A stretch of DNA of 63,642 nucleotides, counting the filler, from Octopus bimaculoides (taxonomy: Eukaryota): the NCBI RefSeq assembly GCF_001194135.2. It is 4 parts of 4 records of this genome, joined end to end, with 100 filler letters (N's around TTAATTAATTAA, not from the genome) between each part and the next. Parts side by side here need not be neighbours in the genome. Positions count along the whole stretch, not along the records: positions 31,686 to 57,915 come from NC_068983.1; positions 58,016 to 61,376 come from NC_068985.1; positions 61,477 to 63,642 come from NC_069004.1; 1 more part is not named here. One strand, given 5' to 3'. The position numbers and the translations under genes are program-made. Shown here piece by piece: positions 52,792 through 63,642 of the stretch. The notes under the pieces were generated by a model. It ran no database searches and was not told the origin of the DNA. It was given only the letters and a program-made list of their open reading frames with translations. Position 1 is the first letter of the stretch; each line of letters starts with the position of its first letter.

Positions 52792-53753
52792 TAGATAGAT
52801 AGATAGAAAAAGAAATAGATACATAGATACATATACACACACACACACACAAACAAAACATATGCACACAAACGCACTCACACACACACACACACACACA
52901 AACAAAACATATGCACACAAACGCACTCACACACACACACACACATACATACATACATACATACATACATACATACATACATACATACATACATACATAC
53001 ATACATGCATACATACATACAACTAATTCTGTTATCTCCATTTGATTCATCTTCTTTGTTCAGCTGCATCATTTTTGCCTTGAAGCCACTGACAAAACTG
53101 CTGATATGCAAAACAACAGAAACAAAATATTTGCGTAATATCTAGTGTCATATATGATGGATTAACTCAAATTATGCTTCATATTCAAAATTTATGCTTA
53201 CAAACTTCAGTTTTCATTACCTCATCATTTGTTTGTACAAGTTATCTTTTAAATTGCTTTGTCATAGCTAAAACTTAATTTTAAATATAGCTGGGTTTGT
53301 TTTTGTCTTATTGTTTCAAAATTTTACTTCCCTTAATGTTAGTGATCAAAACAGGCACCCAATAATTATAGCCACTCTGTTAATTATTTGTTGTAATTGT
53401 AAAAAATAAATTTAACAGCACTAGAAATAGGGACCTTCAGTTACAACCGCAATTTACAAATTATAATTCATAATTAAGAATTAATTTCATACAATAATTA
53501 ATCAATTTTTGGATTGGATGCAAACTATTAAGGTGTTATATTATTTTTATGGCAATTCTTCAGCATAGTGTGAGCATTTTAAAGAGCAGTTGAAGAAAAG
53601 GTGGTTACTAAGCAACCACTTGTTACATATTTGTGAAAACATCAATAGTTTAGTTATTTTGAAGCAATGGCGCTAGCTAACTTCATCCTGGAATACCCAA
53701 GCCAACATTTTCTTCATGTTAATTGAATTGTATTTGTGAATATTTGTATGTGC

Positions 53754-53786
<33 letters not shown>

Positions 53787-53992
53787 AAGAGAGAGAGGGG
53801 GAGAGAGAGGGGGCGGGAAGAGAGAGAGAGAGACCCTTTAAGTTTGTTTACGGGAAGCATTTTTGCATATGCATACAAAAGCTTCTATTTTATTATGTCA
53901 CCTACAGCTTAATGATACCAATTTGCAGTAGCAGTTTTATGGGGTTGTACCAAGCAGTGCTAATATAATGTATGATAAATATAGTAATAATG

Positions 53993-54307
53993 ATAATAAT
54001 CTATGGATGGAATTTATAAATATTTTAATGCATCACTATATGCATTTCTACAAATCACATGTTTCTTACAATCATAGTCTGTATTCCTGAGATGATTGCA
54101 GTACAATCCATATAATTCCCTCTTTAATGCTATATCAACTGATGAAATGAATGCATGAACTATGATCCACCCAATGTCCATGAATACTATGGATTGTACT
54201 GTAATCATCCAAGGAATATGGGTTATGATCATAAGAAACATGTAATTTGTGGAAATGCGCATAGCAATGCATTAAAATATCTATAAATTCCATCCATGGA
54301 TTATTAT
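53993..54307. repeat. 315-bp imperfect fold-back (MITE-like)
   Basis: Core arms 54002-54112 and 54188-54298 (111 bp, 17 mismatches by eye), extended 9 bp outward; 75-nt spacer. Confidence 0.85.
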
Positions 54308-55386
54308 TATTATGTATCTCTTTTTTTTTCTCTCTCTCTCTCTCCCTCTTTCTCACACACACACACACACACACACACAATTCCTGCTTGTTTCCATAAA
54401 ATCTCTTCAGCTCATTGTCACGACATGCACTTGGCACTAACAAAGTTTTCCTCTTGAAAATATTATGCAGCCAGTTTTCCCATAGAGAAAAAGTACTTCC
54501 CTTTCTGACAGATATTCCAGTAGTGTTTTTTGGTTAACATACAGCAAGTGTCATGTTTAAAGTTTAGCACTTGAGATAATAATATAGAATTAAAGTTTTA
54601 TTTTTTTCTTTTGTGATGACTGTCAGGATCTGTGGAGACAATTAGAAGATTAAGAAAGTGAAAATAAATTGCATTAAGTTCTTAGTTTCTAATGCTATAA
54701 GGCAAGTTGCAAATTTGAAATTTTATTCACAGAATGTGGAACAGCGTGATTTTAATAATGGTCTTTCTTTTCATAAATAAATTTATGAAATATTTCTGGT
54801 TAATAAATTGTCAGTGTTATATTTATAGCTGTTATCTTTTTGCCTCCCATGTATTTCTGTATTTTATACACTAGAATTACAAAATTTCATCTTATAGCAT
54901 AAATCTCTAAACAAAATTACATCTACTCCCTAATATTACATCATTTATATTCTGCAAGAGAGATGGTTTAGTAACTAAATTATAGAAATATGAGTAACAG
55001 AAAGAAAGTTGAGATGCTGAAGGGGTTTTGAAATAACGGAAAGGAAGAAAGAGAGTGGGTGAGAGAATTGAGAAAAGCAAGAGAATAAGAAACAGAAAAA
55101 AGGGGTTGATGGGAATAAAGATAATGATGAAGGGGAAGATTTATAGAAATGTTGAGAGGAGAAAAAGATATTGGAAAAAAGGATGCAGTATGACATATAT
55201 AGAGAGAAGGACAAGATAAATTCCACTGATATTGATTTCAGAATAAATATATAAGATAATAATATACCAACATGTATTAATATTTACACATTTTTGTAAT
55301 ATGGTTCTCAATTTTTCTGGTTTTCAGGATTGTGCCAGATAATTCAGTAAAATTCAATAACTTCAAATTTACAAACAAATATACAC

Positions 55387-55426
<40 letters not shown>

Positions 55427-56525
55427 ACACACATGCACACATACGCACACACACACACACACGCACACTATGTTTGTGCGTTTATTGTGCATTTATTTTA
55501 CACACATGTGTATATGTACATGCTTCTGTGTGTGTGTGCATATAGGGTGGGGAACAGTAAACTGAGTGGTGGCAGAGTGGAACTTCAGCTCTATATAAAT
55601 GAGTAAATAAATATATTTATATGTTTAGATAGATAGATAGGTTGGTAGGTAGGTAGGGAGGTAGATAGATAGATAAATAGATAGATAGATTAGATATTAT
55701 AAGCATAATATATATCATTTACATTAACATCCTAGCTCTTTATATATAACATGTATGCATGTACGTGTATATGTATATATATGTTGTGTGTGTACTTAGG
55801 TGTTAATAAAGTGGATAAAAGTGCTCAATATAGACATATAATGGAAGTTTATAGAGTGTAATCATATATGTGACATCTTATTCAATGCCCATATTTCCCA
55901 CAATTCTCTCATAACAGCTGACACCTCTCATACCTCCTTTTCTGTCTCAGCTCATCTCTTTTCTGTCATTCCTGTACATTAACATTACACAAGCAGCATA
56001 GCATTTTCACTTCATATCTCTCCAGCCTTGACACATCCTTTGCATTCATTGCCCAAATTTTACTACCATGCAAATGTTCAATACAATATGGCCTTCACAT
56101 GGGAGAGAATTCTTTTATCACCAGCAGATGTGATAACTTTCCAAACTGTTCTCACCTCCACACTTAGTCTGGCTACTTTCCTTTCACAGCACTCACTTCA
56201 ATTAGTGATTAGGTCCCCCAGGTAAATAAAACAGGCAACTATTTTTACAAGTTTTTGGGGAATTTGATGGAATTAATTTCATAGTGCTTTTTCTGCAAAC
56301 TATTCCTGTGCATCAACTAAATATGAAGGCTTTGCTCTCAGTTAGTTTGATTTTGATCTCATGTGCAGCTATAGTTTATTTTGAGTACACAGTAGTGTAA
56401 AATTTTTGTTTACCTCTTTTCTAAATAATTTTGAATATGGCCACTTCGCTGATTTTTTTTCTCATATATCTTAGAGAAATTAGGAATGGCAGTGCCAAAA
56501 CTCTCGAAGTGGTACAAGTAAGTTA

Positions 56526-56770
56526 CAGTCATGGCAAAAAGTTTGGAACATTTTTTTAAAAATTAGAATTGTTATACCCAAGTACAATTTGATTCAAATA
56601 CACATAATGTATATATTTGGGCACTTAATATAAACATTCTAATTTTCAGGCATATGTTCCAAAATCTTAGCCAAGTAATGATATATATTGCAAATTAAAT
56701 ATAACTTTGGGCATTTAATAAAAATAATTTTAATTTTCAGGCCTATTTTCCAAACTTTTGACCACATCTG
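56526..56770. mobile_element. Tc1-type MITE relic
   Basis: TA|CAGTCATGGCAAAAAGTTTGGAA ... TTCCAAACTTTTGACCACATCTG|TA imperfect TIRs. Confidence 0.6.
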
Positions 56771-57089
56771 TATCTTTAAAATGGATTTGTGGTGTAAATC
56801 TTTCCAACATATGTAGAACACTATAAGAACCTGTTGACCAGCTGATGTAAAAATTGGCTGATGAATTAAGCCTACCACCTACCACTAGATGATGACTGGA
56901 TACATCACTGATGATGTGTCCAGGTGCATTGCAAGATGATGTATGGATGAAAAATAAACTAGTTATAAAACTAGAGAATGATGTATTGAGTTAGTTACAT
57001 ATAAATATATACGTATCATGATTAATGTACATTGATATTATATTTACTTATATGCTTTTTTAGCACTTCATTGCATAATGATATCTACA

Positions 57090-57401
57090 ATCATCATCCT
57101 CATCGTTTAACGTCCACTTTCCATACTAGCATGGGTTGGACGATTTGACTGAGGACTGGCAAGCAAGAAGGTCGCACTAGGCTCCAATCTGATCTGGCAG
57201 AGTTTCTACAGCTGGATGCCCTTCCTAACGCCAACTACTCCAAAAGTGTAGTGGGTGCTTTTATGTGCTACCGGCACAAGGGCCAGTCACACGGTACTAG
57301 CAACGGCCATACTCAAAAAGGTGTTTTTTACGTGCCACCTGCACAAGAGCCAGTCCAGTGGCACTGGCAACGACCTCACTCGAATGATTTTCTAATGTGC
57401 C
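57090..57401 (-). mobile_element. RTE 3' UTR and tail
   Basis: Same family as 37580-38240. Confidence 0.8.
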
Positions 57402-57588
57402 ACACATATACACACATTAATACATGAACACATGTATATACATAATAAATTCATACAAAAATCTACATATGCACATTTCTCTACCCACATACACACACAT
57501 CCATGTACACATACATGCTCTCACATGTAGATACAAATACACATATACACACATGCAAATATATACCTTCAAATACATGCATATAGAA

Positions 57589-57619
<31 letters not shown>

Positions 57620-57696
57620 AAAATATATATATATAAATAAGTGCACCAGCATGACCGCAGCCACTTGGCTGAAACATAAATAAATAAATAAATAAT

Positions 57697-57915
57697 ATCA
57701 TCATCATCATCATCATCGTTTAACGTCCGCTTTCCATGCTAGCATGGGTTGGACGATTTGACTGAGGACTGGTGAAACCGGATGGCAACACCAGGCTCCA
57801 GTCTGATTTGGCAGAGTTTCTACAGCTGGATGCCCTTCCTAACGCCAACCACTCAGAGAGTGTAGTGGGTGCTTTTACGTGTCACCCGCACGAAAACGGC
57901 CACGCTCGAAATGGT
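57697..57915 (-). mobile_element. RTE 3' tail, young subfamily
   Basis: Near-identical to 11405-11595 and 16217-16431. Confidence 0.85.
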
Positions 57916-58015
57916 NNNNNNNNNNNNNNNNNNNNNNNNNNNNNNNNNNNNNNNNNNNNTTAATTAATTAANNNNNNNNNNNNNNNNNNNNNNNNNNNNN
58001 NNNNNNNNNNNNNNN

Positions 58016-58054
<39 letters not shown>

Positions 58055-59069
58055 TACGGACACACACACGGACACATATTTTCGATGTGACAAATATGCC
58101 AAGTCCCTTTTCAGGCCTATCATGAATGCCACAGCTAATATGGAATCCAGAGTAGCTTATGTTTTGGTGTTGTTGTTGGTGACTTAAGCGGCACCACTAT
58201 TATGTGACGAAGGCTGCTAGAAACCGAGTAGGGCGATAAACAGGACCTGTTAAAGGGACAGGATTAACATAGTGAATTTTGAATGGGAGTACGGACTCAC
58301 AGATATTCTGGTTTGGTGTTCAGCATACTGACGCTCCACTGGGGAAATGGGGTATGTCTTAGCCTTTGTTCAGTGATGTCTCTAGGAGAAAACCGCTGTG
58401 ATATAAAACCAAACTAGCAGAGAATATTATTGAACATTTCGGAAGTTTTTTTTTTCTCCTGAGCTTCTAACTGAGGAAATAACAGTCCCATATCCCTAGT
58501 CTACATTCGATATTGATAATGTCAATAGCGTGAAGAGAGTCGGCGTGATGCTGTGCAAGCGTTTTTGGACCAAGTATTTTAGATTGTGCAGTCGCCATCG
58601 ACGCGTCTCTCCGATGTCCAGCTGTGTCGAAGTGCACCACTGTGAGCATGAAAAACAGGATCACGAATCTGTCTGACGCTCGATGCGGCTGCAGTAACCT
58701 AATGCTTCAAATTACTGGCATTTTGCATGGACAATGGTCAATGTCAATTTTCTTCTGTCGTGAGTGCACAGCTATTATATTTAATCAAGTAACACAATAC
58801 TGTTTATTTCATACAATAGGTTAGTTTCTATCGGTTTGTCATAGACGCCTTTCTGGGTAGTTGTTAATATTTGTGTTTAAAGTGACTGGCAAGAGATCTA
58901 AAGAAACATTCAAACCAGTTATATGACATAACGAGATATAAACTATACATATAAACACACATGCATATATGCATACGCACAAATACATACATGCACGCGC
59001 ACACACGCGCACACACGGGCACACACATGCATGTAAATATATTTATATGCGTGCGTTATATACGTGTTA

Positions 59070-59100
<31 letters not shown>

Positions 59101-61199
59101 NNNNNNNNNNNNNNNNNNNNNNNNNNNNNNNNNNNNNNNNNNNNNNNNNNNNNNNNNNNNNNNNNNNNNNNNNNNNNNNNNNNNNNNNNNNNNNNNNNNN
59201 NNNNNNNNNNNNNNNNNNNNNNNNNNNNNNNNNNNNNNNNNNNNNNNNNNNNNNNNNNNNNNNNNNNNNNNNNNNNNNNNNNNNNNNNNNNNNNNNNNNN
59301 NNNNNNNNNNNNNNNNNNNNNNNNNNNNNNNNNNNNNNNNNNNNNNNNNNNNNNNNNNNNNNNNNNNNNNNNNNNNNNNNNNNNNNNNNNNNNNNNNNNN
59401 NNNNNNNNNNNNNNNNNNNNNNNNNNNNNNNNNNNNNNNNNNNNNNNNNNNNNNNNNNNNNNNNNNNNNNNNNNNNNNNNNNNNNNNNNNNNNNNNNNNN
59501 NNNNNNNNNNNNNNNNNNNNNNNNNNNNNNNNNNNNNNNNNNNNNNNNNNNNNNNNNNNNNNNNNNNNNNNNNNNNNNNNNNNNNNNNNNNNNNNNNNNN
59601 NNNNNNNNNNNNNNNNNNNNNNNNNNNNNNNNNNNNNNNNNNNNNNNNNNNNNNNNNNNNNNNNNNNNNNNNNNNNNNNNNNNNNNNNNNNNNNNNNNNN
59701 NNNNNNNNNNNNNNNNNNNNNNNNNNNNNNNNNNNNNNNNNNNNNNNNNNNNNNNNNNNNNNNNNNNNNNNNNNNNNNNNNNNNNNNNNNNNNNNNNNNN
59801 NNNNNNNNNNNNNNNNNNNNNNNNNNNNNNNNNNNNNNNNNNNNNNNNNNNNNNNNNNNNNNNNNNNNNNNNNNNNNNNNNNNNNNNNNNNNNNNNNNNN
59901 NNNNNNNNNNNNNNNNNNNNNNNNNNNNNNNNNNNNNNNNNNNNNNNNNNNNNNNNNNNNNNNNNNNNNNNNNNNNNNNNNNNNNNNNNNNNNNNNNNNN
60001 NNNNNNNNNNNNNNNNNNNNNNNNNNNNNNNNNNNNNNNNNNNNNNNNNNNNNNNNNNNNNNNNNNNNNNNNNNNNNNNNNNNNNNNNNNNNNNNNATAT
60101 ATATATGTATGCTTTTAAGGCTGTATGCACGTGTGACAAACCTCTCGGCTTATGGACCACAGTATATAAATATATTTGTGTGTACATGTCCGTATATCCA
60201 TGCTGATTCTATATAGGCGCACGACCCGTGTGCGTGCCATCCGTACTTCTCCTCGAACGTTTGTATTTCTGTATTTATGCATTTTTGTGTATAGTTGGGT
60301 TATATATACGTGAATTCTTAAACGTAGCACATTACATCTGTACAAAACCCCACCGTCCCCCTCCTTTCATCACTCACATTCCACGCAGTCTACCACTCAA
60401 AGATTTGGCTTTCATTCAAAATCAATAGTCCTCGTGCCAAGCGTCCTTCTGAACTAAATTTACTATAGTCACTCAAAATCTCCAATGACTTTCAAATAAA
60501 TATACTTGTAAATTCCATCTCACATAATAGAGATTTTATTTTTTTTTAAATCTTAGTAAGTGCAAATTTACCATTCTCCGATTATCAGTAGAAAAGTTGG
60601 CCAAAAATCCATATTCTTAATGGTGTATATATTTTATGAGACAATGGAAGCACCTTGTTTTCGAAACTATCAAACATAGTCACCCACCTTCACACATACA
60701 CGGCGATATATAACGCTAATGACCTTCCGAAATGATAGATAAAAAGCTACTAAATACAATGGATAGACAACACCCCCGCAAGAAACATTTTGCTTCTAAA
60801 ACATACAATACAAACGGCGGGATATCAAAGCCACTACATTTAAATACAATTCTGTTATCTCAGTTCTGCTCTCAAACTAATACTTGTGGTTTAGTAGGAC
60901 GCTACTGTTAACAGCGAATAATTTTACTTTCCTATCGTTACGGTAAATCTTTGCTCTACAAACATTGAATTTCCTCTTTGATATAGTTGGAAGTACGAAG
61001 TTAATTAGTCTTAAACACGCACAAACATCACGCATGCATACACATAGAGATAGACTGGTATCAAGATATGTTTGTAATTCCGAGAGGTGAACCTAACTGA
61101 ACTATCTACATGACTTGCTATAGTTTTCAGTGTTTTTCTTTGCTTCGTCTTTGCTTTTCTATTGCATGCAATATATTAATAACCATATTAATAAACATA

Positions 61200-61950
61200 G
61201 ACGCAAACGTGGTTATGTGCTAAGAAGCTTGCTTCCCAACCACATGGTTCCGGGTTCATTCCCACTGCATGGCATGGCACCTTGGGCAAGTGTCTTCTAC
61301 TATAGCCTCTGGCCGACTGAAGCTTTCTGAGTGTATTTGTAGACGGAGCCAGAAAGAAGCCCGTTGTGTATACATGNNNNNNNNNNNNNNNNNNNNNNNN
61401 NNNNNNNNNNNNNNNNNNNNTTAATTAATTAANNNNNNNNNNNNNNNNNNNNNNNNNNNNNNNNNNNNNNNNNNNNGGACAAACAAGGACAGACAAACGG
61501 ATTAAGTCGATAATACCGACCCCAGTGCATAACTGGTACTTATTTAATCGACCCCGAAAGAATGAAAGGCAAAGTCGACCTCGGTGGAATTTGAACTCAG
61601 AGCGTAGCGGCAGACGAAATACCGCTAAGCATATCGCCCGGCGTGCTAACGTTTCTGCCAGCTCGCCGCCTTGTGCGTGTGTGTGTGTATGCATGCGTAT
61701 GCATGCGTGTGTGGTGTGTTTGTGCGTTTTTTGTGCTTGCGTTTGTCCTCCATCACCGCTTGACAACTGGCGTTGGTTTGTTTATGTCCATATAACTTAA
61801 CAGTTCAGTTATGAAACGACTGACAGAATAAGAACCAAGCTTCTGAAAGAAGTAAGTACTTTAGATGATCTATTTAACTAAAAGTTCTTCAAGGTGGTGC
61901 CCAAGCATGGCCACAGTATAACGACTTAAACAAGTAAAAGATAAAAAACT
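61200..61950 (+). mobile_element. SINE family A with a nested family C SINE (61477-61670, minus)
   Basis: Family A head 61200-61376 and tail 61671-61950 flank a young family C copy; a gap hides the left junction. Confidence 0.75.
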
Positions 61951-61982
61951 AGAATATAATAATGAATAAATTTTCAACAGAC

Positions 61983-62135
61983 ACAGGTGTGGCTGTGTGG
62001 TAAGAAGTTTGCTTTCCAGCTACATGGTCCTGGGTTCAGTCCCACTGCGTGACACCTTTGGTAAGTGTCTTTAACTATAGCCTCAGGATAACCAAGTCTT
62101 GTGAGTGGATTTGGTCGACGGGAACTGAAAGAAGT

Positions 62136-62184
<49 letters not shown>

Positions 62185-62290
62185 CTTTGTCCCCTACCAC
62201 TGCTAAGCAACCAGTGTTGGGGTTTATTAGTTCGACTAAAATTCTTCTAGGCAGTCCCCAGTATGGCCACAGTTTAATGACTGAAACATA
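61983..62290 (+). mobile_element. SINE family A, partly deleted
   Basis: acaggtgtggctgtgtggtaagaag...actgaaaca. Confidence 0.8.
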
Positions 62291-62416
62291 CTTGGGAATC
62301 AACGTAGAAGGTCTAATGAAAGTTGCATATAATAGGACCTAATGGAGGTGGTGTTTGGGGAATCAACTCCTACAATTTTTAAAGGAATAGTGGGTGGAAA
62401 AAATCGATAAAGTAAA

Positions 62417-62648
62417 GCTACCTTCTCACAAGGGCCAGTTTCCCGGTTTCCATGGTATATATATATTTCCCACCTGGATGGGACACCAGTCCATGGCAGG
62501 GGTATTTATTTTTGCCAGCTGAGTAGACTGGAGCAAGATGAAGTGAATGGTTTTGCTCAAGAACACGTGTCGCACGGTCCAAGAATCGAAACCAGAATCT
62601 TATGATTATGCGTCTAACATTCTAATCACTAAGCCACTTGCCTCTACA
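62417..62648 (-). mobile_element. SINE family B
   Basis: Reverse complement colinear with 9239-9489. Confidence 0.75.
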
Positions 62649-62714
62649 GATGGATTCAGGAATGGATAGAAATAGATTTTGTGGGAAGATAACAGAAATA
62701 TTCTTTTCTACTGT

Positions 62715-62870
62715 GCACAAAGCCCGAATTAAGTTACAGTTGCGTACTGGGGTCGATCTAATTGATTCCCAGTACGCAACTGGTACTTAATTTATCACCC
62801 CTGAAAGGATGAAAGGCAAAGTCGATCTTGGCAGAATTTAAACACTGTACATAAAGACACACAAAATACC
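62715..62870 (-). mobile_element. SINE family C lacking its 5'-most ~50 nt
   Basis: actggtacttaatttatcacccctgaaaggatgaaaggcaaagtcg...aaaatacc, ending exactly at the LINE tail. Confidence 0.75.
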
Positions 62871-63431
62871 AATTTCTTTATTGCCCACAGGGGGCTAAAC
62901 ATAGAATGGTACAAAACAACTGATCGGGATCAGTAATGCGAATGGTTTACATAAAATATGACTTTAAAAATTATATAAAATATAAAAAATCGAATGATAT
63001 TAACAGTACGTTAGACAACACAAATGAAGCGATGATCAGGCCACGCTCCGACCCCACAAGCCCCGATCTATTGCTGGCACCTATTTTTCCTTTTTTTTTC
63101 TGACTATTCACACGGTTCCTTGCACGCACAACACTCGTGCAACATGCTTCCATCTCTTTTGGAACGTACACTCCAACAGACATCTCCTCTCCAGCCACAC
63201 TTACCTTTTCAAATGAAAAGTAAAAAATGAGCGTAAGTTGTGGCCAGAGATAAAGTTGCCTGTCTTAATTCCTTTTATCCTCGTCTTCCATACTGCCTCT
63301 TTCGCTATTGCTACAACCGTGAGAAAACAATTCTTACCTTCGTTTGTTAAAACTCCCGGTGGGTCAATTTTTATAATTGACTCAGTCGACAGCTGTACTC
63401 TTCCTTCGCCGGACAACAGGGGAAAATTCAC
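62871..63431 (-). mobile_element. 5'-truncated Tx1/L1-like LINE (ORF2 C-terminus plus 3' UTR)
   Basis: FLTVVAIAKEAVWKTRIK...FFTFHLKR*VWLERRCL...FQKRWKHV resembles the A(K)LAI(W/Y)K(T/S)R C-terminus of Tx1-type ORF2; ~240-nt 3' UTR ends AGCCCCCTGTGGGCAATAAAGAAAT. Confidence 0.65.
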
Positions 63432-63506
63432 ACAAAAAAAAGACGAAGACAGGTGGTGTAGACAACAAACAGATGTATTAGTATAACGCTCGGGAAGTGA
63501 AAAAGT

Positions 63507-63541
63507 CTTTAACGTTTCGACCCTCGCTCTTCCACAGAAAG
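63507..63541 (-). ncRNA. Decayed hammerhead-like motif within a Penelope-type terminal repeat (63432-63630)
   Basis: CUUU-CUGUGGA-AGAGC(GAGG)GUC-GAAA-CG-UU|AAAG; A6 to U change in the core. Confidence 0.45.
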
Positions 63542-63642
63542 GAACACAGAAAGAAACAAGGAGAGGGAAAAAAAGAATGTGTAGTGGCTAGCGATCTATC
63601 AGGGCGAATACCGGACAGAAGGGTCCGGCATTATATATATAT

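Noticed and set aside
53000-53110. Possible minus-strand exon FVSGFKAKMMQLNKEDESNGDNRIS
   Set aside because: The donor GTATGT is supplied trivially by a (TATG)n repeat; no homology.
56896-56923. 12-bp hairpin CTGGATACATCA/TGATGTGTCCAG
   Set aside because: Short enough to arise by chance in 64 kb.
58943-60216. Longest ORFs in the track (380-414 aa) and others rich in X
   Set aside because: They are open only because they cross N gaps and microsatellites.

Overview
AT-rich, gapped eukaryotic scaffold dominated by microsatellites and transposons. The repeat families look like those of Octopus/coleoid cephalopods (inference from recalled repeat families; no database search was run). The only convincing host coding sequence is one + strand exon of TMEM245 (38559-38734), with a possible terminal exon near 40444. 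The rest is intronic or intergenic: three classes of tRNA-derived SINE, RTE-LINE 3' tails ending in (GAT)n, fragments of CR1, RTE, R4/Dong and Tx1-like LINEs, several Tc1/mariner/pogo elements and MITEs, and a 2.1-kb non-autonomous Helitron with both termini. Two observations stand out. (1) A Tx1-like LINE and a Nin-domain-like SINE share a ~34-nt 3' terminus, and both abut the same nucleotide in the head of that SINE family, suggesting a SINE-targeting, self-amplifying LINE/SINE pair. (2) Six minimal type-I hammerhead-ribozyme-like motifs from at least four sequence families, of the kind described for Penelope-like elements and retrozymes. There are also several long fold-back palindromes. 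No CRISPR array, rRNA gene or bona fide tRNA gene was found. All alignments and folds were done by eye; boundaries of old repeats are approximate.
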